13,373 bases of DNA from Candidatus Wukongarchaeum yapensis (GCA_016840425.1 JAEOSI010000036.1:1-13373); one strand, 5' to 3'. Shown: positions 1-7,490, counted from the first letter of the stretch. The notes: a model not told the origin generated them from the sequence alone. Program-made: numbers and translations.

Positions 1-1
1 T

Positions 2-184
2 GCGCTTTTTTTCGCGATTTCTCTTCTGTCTTGTGATGAAAAACCGTTCGTCAAGGTTAAAAATATGGGCACATTACCTATAGCGTTGAGCATAACAAAT
101 AGATTAAAAAAAGCAATGGAAAAATCTCCTAAAAAAGAAGACAAACAAAACACCCCCAAAGATAGGAAAAAATTAGTTCATTAA
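2..184 (+). CDS. 3' end of an upstream hypothetical protein (partial, runs off the left edge)
   Basis: Frame 2 is open from base 2 to TAA at 182-184 (...ALFFAISLLSCDEKPFVKVKNMGTLPIALSITNRLKKAMEKSPKKEDKQNTPKDRKKLVH*). It has a Lys-rich tail like other genes in this window and is followed by an AT-rich intergenic stretch. No family recognised. Confidence 0.45.
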   Translation, partial: ALFFAISLLSCDEKPFVKVKNMGTLPIALSITNRLKKAMEKSPKKEDKQNTPKDRKKLVH

Positions 185-345
185 ACTTTTATTAAAATAT
201 TAATATTTTGGATCTAACTTGTTTAAATTCGGTCAAAAGCTTTAATAGCCTTTATCTGATCATTCACCGAATTACTCACCTTCATAAAAATCCACACAAG
301 AAAGATCAATCAAATAAAAAACAATCAATAAGTTTTATCTATCTT

Positions 346-470
346 TGGAGCCGGGGGCCGGATTTGAACCGGCGTAAGACGGATAACCACCCAAAAAACA
401 CAAAAAGCAATCAACGGCTTCAAACCGCATTAAACTGCAGTCCGTTGCCTAACCTCTAGGCTACCCCGGC
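346..470 (-). tRNA. tRNA-Cys(GCA) with a 50-nt intron at position 37/38 and encoded CCA
   Basis: Minus strand reads GCCGGGG TA GCCT AGAGGTT AGGC A ACGGA CTGCAG [intron] A TCCGT CTTAC GCCGG TTCAAAT CCGGC CCCCGGC T CCA. All four stems pair, the anticodon is GCA, and the discriminator is U73 (Cys identity). Exons are 470-435 and 384-346. Confidence 0.97.
385..434 (-). other. tRNA intron with bulge-helix-bulge splice motif
   Basis: The anticodon stem ACGGA/TCCGT is followed by a 3-nt bulge (tt^a), a 4-bp helix CTGC/gtgg (two G-U pairs), a 3-nt bulge (AG^t) and an outer helix ttaa/ttgg. There is an internal hairpin gcggtt-tga-agccgt. Confidence 0.9.
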
Positions 471-493
471 CGCTCGAAAACCACCCCCAGAAG

Positions 494-514
494 CCTTTAA
501 ACGCGATTTTAAAG
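494..514 (-). promoter_or_regulatory. Probable TATA box(es) of the tRNA-Cys promoter
   Basis: TTTAAAGG lies at 501-494 on the minus strand, 24-31 nt upstream of tRNA +1. It is part of an inverted repeat CTTTAAA-N6-TTTAAAG (495-514). Confidence 0.55.
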
Positions 515-676
515 ACTTTGATCCTTTGAGGGTGTTTTCTTCAGATCGCAAACCTTCGAAAGTAGACGAACCTTCATTCTTTATAAAGTCTACGACAGCG
601 CATAACGGCTGTTTGCGCCTAGCGCTACGATTCTCACGTAGTTCTTCAGCGTTTTCGAGGACCGAATAAGTTTTTC

Positions 677-976
677 TTATTTTATTTCTTTTATCTTGAA
701 TTTTGGCGGAATTATTTTTTCTTTTTTACATTTTGGACATTTGCTTGGGTATTTTGGTTTTTTTAGTCCTTTAAAAACGAAGCCACAAACCTTACATTGA
801 GGAGGGAGCATTACTAGTTGGAATTTTCCCTTCCCTTTAAGCGTCTTTGCTATGTGTGATAAATCTTCTATAACTGTTTTTTTATCAATAAAAATTTCGT
901 CAGCAATGTAGTCGAGTGATAAGGGGTTTTTGTTCTCGGTTAATAGTTTGATTATGAGTTGTCGCCGTGTCATCAT
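677..976 (-). CDS. Archaeal HTH plus Zn-ribbon transcriptional regulator (COG3357-like)
   Basis: N-terminal TRRQLIIKLL...LSLDYIADE...KTVIEDLSHIAKTL is a wHTH. It is followed by PPQCKVCGFVF and PSKCPKCK (two CxxC). Confidence 0.85.
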   Translation of the reverse strand: MMTRRQLIIKLLTENKNPLSLDYIADEIFIDKKTVIEDLSHIAKTLKGKGKFQLVMLPPQCKVCGFVFKGLKKPKYPSKCPKCKKEKIIPPKFKIKEIK

Positions 977-1016
977 TTTTTCATAACCTTTTTGAAAAGT
1001 ATTATCAATTTTTGTT

Positions 1017-1646
1017 TTAGCATTTTAGAAGTTCTCGCCTTTCTATTTTTCCTCTGGGTGTTTCTTCTTCGAAGATAACGCTTTGAAAGCTGTAGATTTT
1101 TGTTCCTTCAACAAGCCATGCATCGGGAGGTAGACCTGCTTTCATACAAGTATGGGCGAGGAATTCTTCTTTATCCCAGTTAAGGTCTATAGGTACTTGG
1201 GGTAAAAGCAATCCTCTTGCATAGTTCCCTCTTTCAACTATTAAGCCGTCTTGTCCTATAACTATTTTTTCAAAGTATTCTTTTGGTGATTTCACTTCAA
1301 TTAGTTTAGGGGGAGTGAGGACGGTTACAGTTACAGATATTTCATCCATTTCAGGCATTCTTACTGGGGGAAACCTGGGATCACTTGTTGCTGAACTTAT
1401 AGCAGAATCTATTGTAGCAGATACTAAAGGTGAATCAGGGTAAGGATGGCCTATACATCCCCTGAGATTTTTTGTTCCTCCAGAGATCTTTTCAAGAGTT
1501 ACAAATACTCCTGATTTTTCTTTAAGTTTTTCAGGGGTATTTTCAGGGGAAGGAATTACCTGCCTTTTCTCTAAGTATTTTTCGATGGCAGTTCTTGAAA
1601 GCTTTACGAGAAATTCCCCTTCTTCATCATTATACTCCTTTGACAT
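1017..1646 (-). CDS. AMMECR1-domain protein (TIGR00296 family)
   Basis: Signature LRGCIG, SGVFVTL, A..DPRF, G.DGL, GLLLPQV and C.KAGLP.DAW motifs. SD-like GGAGAGG lies upstream. Confidence 0.95.
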   Translation of the reverse strand: MSKEYNDEEGEFLVKLSRTAIEKYLEKRQVIPSPENTPEKLKEKSGVFVTLEKISGGTKNLRGCIGHPYPDSPLVSATIDSAISSATSDPRFPPVRMPEMDEISVTVTVLTPPKLIEVKSPKEYFEKIVIGQDGLIVERGNYARGLLLPQVPIDLNWDKEEFLAHTCMKAGLPPDAWLVEGTKIYSFQSVIFEEETPRGKIERRELLKC

Positions 1647-1883
1647 CTGTTAAACCTCTCCGTCTTCTAATCCTGCTTTTAATATTCCTCGGCGGGAAGT
1701 CCCCTTGCGAAAAGTGGGGAATGAAAGCCGAACAATGGTTCTTCTTCGATTTACATTGGATGGATAATTTTTTAGGGTAGAGCCCCCCAAGCGATGTTGG
1801 AGGTGGTAATGATATTCTCATTACTTATCGCCTTGGGAGCTCTAAAGATCTTTAATGATTTTGTTGGTTCTTTAACTTTTTTG

Positions 1884-2354
1884 TTACGGTTTTTCCCTCC
1901 AGAAAGCGTGGTGAAAATGTTCTAAGAGGAAGGTTTTTGACTGTTTTTTCCTCGTTATGATGTAGTAGTTTATTATCTTTTTTCTTTTTTCATTAAGTTT
2001 TATCAGACGGTGTATTATGGCCTTTAAGATGGTGGATTTTCTCCTAAAAAGTCTTTCTGGTTCGTAAAATATTACAACTTTGATGTTTGGTCTTGCTTTT
2101 CTCCAGTAAATCAGGTTATTAAACTTCTCATAACTCATTACAAGAACATCCATCCCCTTACACTCCTCTTCATCCCTCCAGGAAACTACATCTAAAACCT
2201 TAACTTTAGAATATTCTGAAACAATTTTACTGGTAAAATGCTTCACCTCATCGATCCATGGAACTACTAAAGCACAACATTTCCCGCAAGCTTTAGAAAA
2301 GGCCGCACAAGCCACTGCTACCCCCTCCCTTCTTTCTTTATTCCCAGAAGCCAA
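1884..2354 (-). CDS. Hypothetical protein resembling an isolated, motif-degenerate RecA1 domain of a Hel308/Ski2-like SF2 helicase
   Basis: ALVVP matches motif Ia, DVLVMSYEKFNNL matches motif Ib (DIIVxTxEKxDxL), VVIFYEPERL sits at the motif II position, and terminal WREKP sits at the domain-1/2 linker position. The frame is open upstream to 2411, so the true start is uncertain. Confidence 0.55.
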   Translation of the reverse strand: MASGNKERREGVAVACAAFSKACGKCCALVVPWIDEVKHFTSKIVSEYSKVKVLDVVSWRDEEECKGMDVLVMSYEKFNNLIYWRKARPNIKVVIFYEPERLFRRKSTILKAIIHRLIKLNEKRKKIINYYIITRKKQSKTFLLEHFHHAFWREKP

Positions 2355-2414
2355 AACAAACCCCTCACCCCCTTCATAGAGTAACCTTGCAACATCAAAA
2401 AGTTTGTAAGGTTA

Positions 2415-2467
2415 CATGTTTGTAGTCTTATTGCATATGTAAAAACCCACTCCATGTTTGTAGTCTT
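2415..2467. repeat. 15-bp perfect direct repeat CATGTTTGTAGTCTT (2415-2429 and 2453-2467)
   Basis: Read directly from the sequence, with a 23-nt spacer. The second copy abuts the start of tnpB homology. Confidence 0.9.
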
Positions 2468-2606
2468 GAAAAGGGGTTTAGAAGAGGTGCTAGGGCAGAG
2501 ATTGTCCGAATTTACGCCTGTGGAGATAGAACCTCTACCGAGAGAAATCTCGGCATGTTCAGTCGTTGAACCAGGAAACTCCCCGCGATAGCTGGGAGTA
2601 GTTCAC
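2466..2606 (+). mobile_element. IS200/IS605-family remnant: tnpB 3' tail and right end (non-autonomous)
   Basis: The + frame reads (V)LKRGLEEVLGQRLSEFTPVEIEPLPREISACSVVEPGNSPR* (stop 2589-2591), like the TnpB C-terminus after the RuvC DRDxNAAxN motif. A subterminal hairpin ACTCCC-c-GC-GATA-GC-t-GGGAGT (2578-2599) is followed by AGTTCAC, a typical Y1-type right end. The left boundary is not resolved; a 12-bp hairpin at 2381-2415 may belong to it. Confidence 0.8.
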
Positions 2607-2621
2607 TATTCCTCTATTGGT

Positions 2622-3107
2622 CTATTTATTTGTGTTTACTGATTTACTGATTTTTTGTAGGGTTTTTGATATGTTTTTCCAGTGGATTCCCGGCCAAAAA
2701 ATTTTACCGCACTTTTGACATTCCCAAAATTCGTTATAAGCCTTGAGTGATCGTTTAGGTACTTTTTGAGTGAGGAACTGTTTTGAAACTTTTACGAGCA
2801 TCCCATTGCATATGGAGCAGCGGGTTGGATTAAGTTCTAAGGATATTTTTAGACGGATTGCTATCTCTTTTAGTTGTTTCGTGATTTTATCATTTTTCAG
2901 AAGTATAGCGTTTAAGCTAGTTTTTATAGCTTTTTGAAAAAGCTCTTTATCTCGAGTAACTATTATTCGGCCGCGTTTTCTTCCCTCTTCCAAGAGGGCA
3001 GTATCAGTTACTTGTGGGTCATAAGTTACATCATGACCGAGCATTCTTAGCCATCGGGCAAGCTTTCCAAGATGAGCGTCCAAGGCAAAACTGTGCTCCT
3101 GCCCCAT
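2622..3107 (-). CDS. Mut7-C RNase domain protein (PIN fold plus Zn ribbon; COG1656/DUF82)
   Basis: ALDAHLGKLARWLRMLGHDV, D..LL, IIVTRD, RCSICNG and WECQKCGKIFWPGIHW motifs. SD AAGGTG lies 7 nt before the ATG. Confidence 0.93.
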   Translation of the reverse strand: MGQEHSFALDAHLGKLARWLRMLGHDVTYDPQVTDTALLEEGRKRGRIIVTRDKELFQKAIKTSLNAILLKNDKITKQLKEIAIRLKISLELNPTRCSICNGMLVKVSKQFLTQKVPKRSLKAYNEFWECQKCGKIFWPGIHWKNISKTLQKISKSVNTNK

Positions 3108-3127
3108 GGGAATACACCTTTTTTGAT

Positions 3128-4480
3128 CTAAAGTTTGAGCATTTTGCCGCTTCCAGGTTTCATCATGATTTCGCCTTCTTTATAAGCAAGTTCTCCTCCA
3201 AGATAAGTGGCATAAACTTTCGCTTTCACTGTTCTTCCAGCGAAGGGAGAATGCTTGGCTTTGCTTTGAAATTTTTCCGGGTTGATTTTTTCTTCTTTTC
3301 CTGTTTGTACAAGAACTAAATCTGCTTGGTTTCCCTCAATTATTTCTCCTTTTCTTTTTATTCTGTAAATTTCTGCTGGGCGTTTGCAAACAAGTTCAAG
3401 GAAGCGTGAAAGGGAAATTTTGCCCTTTAAAACTTCAGTCATCACTAGAGGGAGCATTGTTTCAAGGCCACAGATCCCGTTGGCTGCTTCTTCAAATTTT
3501 CTGCTTTTTTCTTCTAAGGAGTGGGGAGCGTGGTCTGTTGCTATTGCGTCAATTGTTCCATCAATTAAGCCCTTCCATAATGCTTCTATGTCGCTGGATT
3601 TTCTTAGAGGAGGTAACATTTTCGCGATCCCTTTCCATCGCCGTAATTCCTCATCCGTTAGAAGAAGATGGTGGGGGGTAACTTCACAAGTGATTTTTTG
3701 CCCTCGTTTTTTGAGGGTTTTTATCTCTTGAACACTTTTTTGCGTACTCATGTGGACAACATGGATCTTTGTATTCGTATTTTGAGCTATTGATGAGAGC
3801 CATTTTATAGCCTCTAACTCATTATTTTCTCCGTGTTTTTTGAGGAAAAAATCTATGGGATCGTCAGGAGGTTTTGTATCATGGTTTAAAAAGCTATTTT
3901 GCTGTAAATCTGGGTGAAAAGCGAGGATTTTATCACTCTTTTTTATCTCTTTTAAAAGGAGGGTCAGTTTTTCCTCATCATTTAAAATGTTTTTTTCGTG
4001 GGGAGAAAGTGGGGAGTGGGGGTATGTTTTGAATCCGCAAACACCCGCCTTTGAAGCTTTAAAAATTTCTTTAGTGTTTTTTGGTATTCCGAAGAAAAAT
4101 CCTACATCCGCAACGATTTTTTCTGATGCTTTTTGCATCTTTTCTAAAAGAGTGTTTATGGAAACTACTGGGGGTTTATTGTTTGGCATATCAAGTAAGG
4201 TTGTTACTCCCCCCGCAAGGGCTGCGGAAGTCCCGGAAAGGAAATCTTCTTTATAAGCGGCTTGCATGTCCCGTAGGTGTACGTGTATGTCGATTAATCC
4301 GGGTAATAAAAGACAGCCTTCAGCATCATGAGTTTCTGAAGCATTAAAGGGCTTGTTTTTTGATATTTTGAAGATTCTTCCGTTGTTTATAGAAATACAA
4401 GCTTTTACGATATTTTCATTCCAAAAAAGCTTTACATTTTTTATGGTTAGATCCATTACAGGCAAAGTTTTAAACCCCAA
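3128..4480 (-). CDS. pyrC: Dihydroorotase (amidohydrolase superfamily)
   Basis: PGLIDIHVHLRD (HxH), AALAGGVTTLLDMPNNKP, GFKTY (Lys for carbamylation), AFHP, HVVHMST, CEVTPHHL, PPLR, IATDHAPH, KAKHSPF. The ATG at 4456 (MDLTIKN) is an alternative start to TTG 4480. Confidence 0.92.
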   Translation of the reverse strand: MGFKTLPVMDLTIKNVKLFWNENIVKACISINNGRIFKISKNKPFNASETHDAEGCLLLPGLIDIHVHLRDMQAAYKEDFLSGTSAALAGGVTTLLDMPNNKPPVVSINTLLEKMQKASEKIVADVGFFFGIPKNTKEIFKASKAGVCGFKTYPHSPLSPHEKNILNDEEKLTLLLKEIKKSDKILAFHPDLQQNSFLNHDTKPPDDPIDFFLKKHGENNELEAIKWLSSIAQNTNTKIHVVHMSTQKSVQEIKTLKKRGQKITCEVTPHHLLLTDEELRRWKGIAKMLPPLRKSSDIEALWKGLIDGTIDAIATDHAPHSLEEKSRKFEEAANGICGLETMLPLVMTEVLKGKISLSRFLELVCKRPAEIYRIKRKGEIIEGNQADLVLVQTGKEEKINPEKFQSKAKHSPFAGRTVKAKVYATYLGGELAYKEGEIMMKPGSGKMLKL

Positions 4481-4520
4481 AAAATTGTAGAAAGAAAATA
4501 AAAAGTTTGTAAAACGTTTT

Positions 4521-5357
4521 TTAAGGGGAATTTTTGCTTACAAAATGCGCTATATCCGTCTGGGTTAATACGCCAGTTAGCTTATCTTCGGAGTCCAACA
4601 CTGGTAAACCTTTCAACGTTTGATTTCTCATGATTTTTGAGGCTTTAGATAAGGACATGTCCATTTTGAGGGTTTTTGGATTTTTTATCATTATTTGTTC
4701 TACCAAAAGATGTTTAATCGCTTCTTCCTGATGTTCTGGTCGTGTTTTTGTTTTGAATCTTGCTAAAGCAAAGGCGATCATTCTACTGTCAATTGCTCCG
4801 GCGACTCTTCCCCTGTCTAACACGGGTAAAAAGGAAAATCCTCGTTTAAGCATCATGCTACGAGCGCGAATGATACGGTCAGTCGAACTTATCACTAGCG
4901 GTCTTTTACTCTTTTCACTCATTAATTGATCAACATAAACAGACTCTACATCATCAAAACATTTTAGGAAATCACTTTTTGAAAAGATGCCTAAAAGTTC
5001 GTCCTTTTCCACAACAGGCAAGCTACTGATTTTCTTACTCAGCATAATTTTAGCTGCCTCAGATATATCTGTGTCAGGAGTTATTGTGATAGGGTCTGTG
5101 GACATTCCGCTGCTCACGTGGAATCTGCTTGGACTAATTGATCCTGTCCTTCTTTTGCCTAAAAGGTCTGTAATGTCACTGATAGAGATTATGCCTACAA
5201 GTTTCCCATTATCAACGGCAATTAAGTGGGAGACACTGTTTTTCTCCATAAGCTCTAAAGCATAGGAGATCCTTTGATCCTTGTCTATCTTAACAATATT
5301 CTCTTCAGTCATAATCTCGCTAACAATCTTCATAACAAAAACCCCATAAACCAACAA
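4521..5357 (-). CDS. CBS-domain protein with four CBS repeats (two Bateman modules)
   Basis: Four repeats of the type V.xIM...A..xM......LPVxD.xxLxGIx(S/T)xxD. The likely start is ATG 5333 (MKIVSEIM). Confidence 0.9.
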   Translation of the reverse strand: MLVYGVFVMKIVSEIMTEENIVKIDKDQRISYALELMEKNSVSHLIAVDNGKLVGIISISDITDLLGKRRTGSISPSRFHVSSGMSTDPITITPDTDISEAAKIMLSKKISSLPVVEKDELLGIFSKSDFLKCFDDVESVYVDQLMSEKSKRPLVISSTDRIIRARSMMLKRGFSFLPVLDRGRVAGAIDSRMIAFALARFKTKTRPEHQEEAIKHLLVEQIMIKNPKTLKMDMSLSKASKIMRNQTLKGLPVLDSEDKLTGVLTQTDIAHFVSKNSP

Positions 5358-5429
5358 AAGAATTAATTTCCCATATTCAACGTTTTATTTACGGGATATT
5401 CCCTCTTTTTTGCGCTATCATGTTCCCAC

Positions 5430-7490
5430 TTAAATTATTGACCTTTTTTTTCTCTTTAAGGTTTCCGTTTCTGCTATCTTGGAGGGACCGGGGATGAAAG
5501 TTATTATCTCGTTTAGATCTATAACTTTTACTTTTTCTTTATCTTCATCTTCAACATTTTTCAGGAAAAAATCTTTTATTTTCCTAGCTATCTTTCCCTT
5601 GGGTTCATTGTTAGGCTTAATTAAAACGTAAATTCTGGATTGTTTTTGGATGGCTGTTAGTGGTCCTCCAACAATTTGGGCAAAATCTTCACGAATATCA
5701 AGTCCTATGCCAAGTTCTAGGGGCATTCCTTTTAAATAATTTCTCTCGCCATAGATCATTACCCCGCCTTTTGGGAGATATTGACCGCTTGGGGCTGAAA
5801 AAGAAACCTGGCTTGGTTTAACCCAATAGGCATCTACAGCACCAAGCTTTTCTTTCCAACCCTTTGAATAAGAGACAGCAAATTGAGCGGCCTCACTTAA
5901 AGTGATTTCAGGAACAGTTTCTAACTGTTCTAGTTTGATTATGGTGTGAGGGGCACCGTGAACTTCTGCATGAAGAAAGATATCCTTTTCCTTTAGATGT
6001 TTTTTAACAAGCTCTTCGTTGGTTTTTGCATCGCGCCCGCCGATTACGAGAACTCCATCAGAAGATATAAACCAGTGATACTTCTCGTACCATTGTTTTT
6101 GGCGCTTTTTTACCGGTTTTATCTCCTTTTCTTCGAGGACTATTCTGCCAGATTTATGTTCTTCTATTTTTTTCAACGTCTCTTCTAAAGCCTTTTTAGC
6201 TGAAGGTATTTTCTTTGCAGCCTTTTTTGCAGATTGATAGTATTTTGTCGCATTTTCAGTAACCGACTTTGTTATATCGATTTCAACAGTTAAATCATCT
6301 ATTTCAACAATCATAATGCCCTTTTTTGGTACCATGGATTTGACTATTTCTGCTAGTTTAATCCCTTTTTCCGCTCCCTCTTTTAACCGCTCAACAATCT
6401 CTTCCCATGAAAAGCCTTCCCTTCTTACTTTGTTTAAAGTCTGTAAAATCTCTTCCAATTCGTGGGCATGATTGTATATAGCATCACCTATTTTTCGATA
6501 ATTCTCCGCGATATATTCAATCTCTTTTAGTCTATCTTCTTGTTTGTCTAAGATTTTTTCAAGTTTTTTAACTTCTGATGCTATTTTATCTACTTCTTTT
6601 CCAATGTCTTTCTTCAAATAAAGTCGAGAAAAATATTCATCACAGGCTTTGTTAAAAGATGGAGATTTCTCCATTTTCAAGCCTTTATCTTCATAAATTT
6701 TAAGCCTTATAGGAGTAACATCAATCACTTGATCATCAGTTAACACAATTACAGACTCAAAATCTTTCTCCATTATTTTTTTACCTAAAAATTCGATGGC
6801 GAGATATACCGCCCTAATCTCTTCATCAGAGAGCTCTTTAGCGGGTTTCATAGGGTCAATGTTTGCCCGCATACATATCTCTTCCCCATATAAACCTCCG
6901 ATATTTATCTCTTTTACAAGGGTTCTTATGATGTCTATTTCAGAAATAGATAACAGGTTTTTCAGATCACTAACACCTATGGTGAAAAAATCCGATCCAC
7001 GGGCAGGAGCAAACTCAAACTTTGCTTTGGGTATAAGATCACGATCACGCATTTTCCTGTAAAATTTTGCCATCAAAATTTTTTCTTCTTCATCAAGAAG
7101 AATCAAGTTCCCCCTGCCGAAAAGTTCAATAATCATTCTGAAATGTTTATCCCCACGTTTGAGATCAAGCACGATTATTCTGTCAAAACGCCATTGCTCA
7201 ATGTTTATTATATGGGATCCCCTCACATGTTTTCTCAAAGCTGAACAAAAACCAGGAGGTATTTTGGGAAAAACGTAAGAAAACTCGGTTAAATGAAACC
7301 TTTTACCAAGTTCTATTAGTAGTAAGTAAGAGCCACCATGACGAGGGCGAAGCTTAAAAAAGAATAAATCATTTACTTGGCAAAGTTGGTAAATATTATC
7401 AATAAATGCATCGATCAAAAGTGGTTTAAGCTCTTGAACCAATGCTGCTACATCTACATTAGAAAATTCAGTTTTAATTTTTAGACTCAT
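5430..7490 (-). CDS. rqcH: Ribosome quality-control protein Rqc2/NEMF/RqcH (NFACT family)
   Basis: NFACT-N (DVAALVQEL, IDNIYQ, FDRII, ELFGRGNLIL), an HhH region, a long coiled coil, and NFACT-R (KYHWFISSDGVLVIGGRDAKTNE, HAEVHGAP, VDAYWVKPSQVS, GQYLPKGGVMIYGERNY). Confidence 0.93.
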   Translation of the reverse strand: MSLKIKTEFSNVDVAALVQELKPLLIDAFIDNIYQLCQVNDLFFFKLRPRHGGSYLLLIELGKRFHLTEFSYVFPKIPPGFCSALRKHVRGSHIINIEQWRFDRIIVLDLKRGDKHFRMIIELFGRGNLILLDEEEKILMAKFYRKMRDRDLIPKAKFEFAPARGSDFFTIGVSDLKNLLSISEIDIIRTLVKEINIGGLYGEEICMRANIDPMKPAKELSDEEIRAVYLAIEFLGKKIMEKDFESVIVLTDDQVIDVTPIRLKIYEDKGLKMEKSPSFNKACDEYFSRLYLKKDIGKEVDKIASEVKKLEKILDKQEDRLKEIEYIAENYRKIGDAIYNHAHELEEILQTLNKVRREGFSWEEIVERLKEGAEKGIKLAEIVKSMVPKKGIMIVEIDDLTVEIDITKSVTENATKYYQSAKKAAKKIPSAKKALEETLKKIEEHKSGRIVLEEKEIKPVKKRQKQWYEKYHWFISSDGVLVIGGRDAKTNEELVKKHLKEKDIFLHAEVHGAPHTIIKLEQLETVPEITLSEAAQFAVSYSKGWKEKLGAVDAYWVKPSQVSFSAPSGQYLPKGGVMIYGERNYLKGMPLELGIGLDIREDFAQIVGGPLTAIQKQSRIYVLIKPNNEPKGKIARKIKDFFLKNVEDEDKEKVKVIDLNEIITFIPGPSKIAETETLKRKKRSII

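Noticed and set aside
185-345. Integrated element (att site) at the tRNA 3' end
   Set aside because: No duplicate of the tRNA 3' end and no integrase is visible in the window; the region reads as convergent AT-rich terminators.
208-459. 83-aa + strand ORF from the track
   Set aside because: It is antisense to the tRNA-Cys gene and its AT-rich trailer, has a TTG start and no protein features.
452-726. About 90-codon open -1 frame on the minus strand overlapping the end of the HTH gene (possible frameshift extension)
   Set aside because: It has no start codon, the A-run is not a canonical X XXY YYZ site in the right frame, and the frame runs into the tRNA gene.
973-984. ATG-AAA-AAA-TGA mini-ORF overlapping the HTH gene start
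   Set aside because: Expected by chance in A-rich sequence, with no independent support.
1689-1734. H/ACA guide, RNase P RNA or SECIS interpretation of the hairpin
   Set aside because: The pocket-to-ACA distance is 11 nt rather than 14-16 and there is no clear K-turn. GGGAAGTCC resembles RNase P CR-I, but no matching P4/CR-V was found. AUGA is on the wrong side for a SECIS core.
1595-1821. Short ORFs 1595-1780 (+) and 1630-1821 (-)
   Set aside because: They overlap the AMMECR1 start, have no motifs, and are better explained by the GC-rich structured intergenic DNA.
2415-2467. CRISPR mini-array
   Set aside because: Only two 15-bp repeats with a 23-nt spacer, too short for a CRISPR array, and no cas genes are present.
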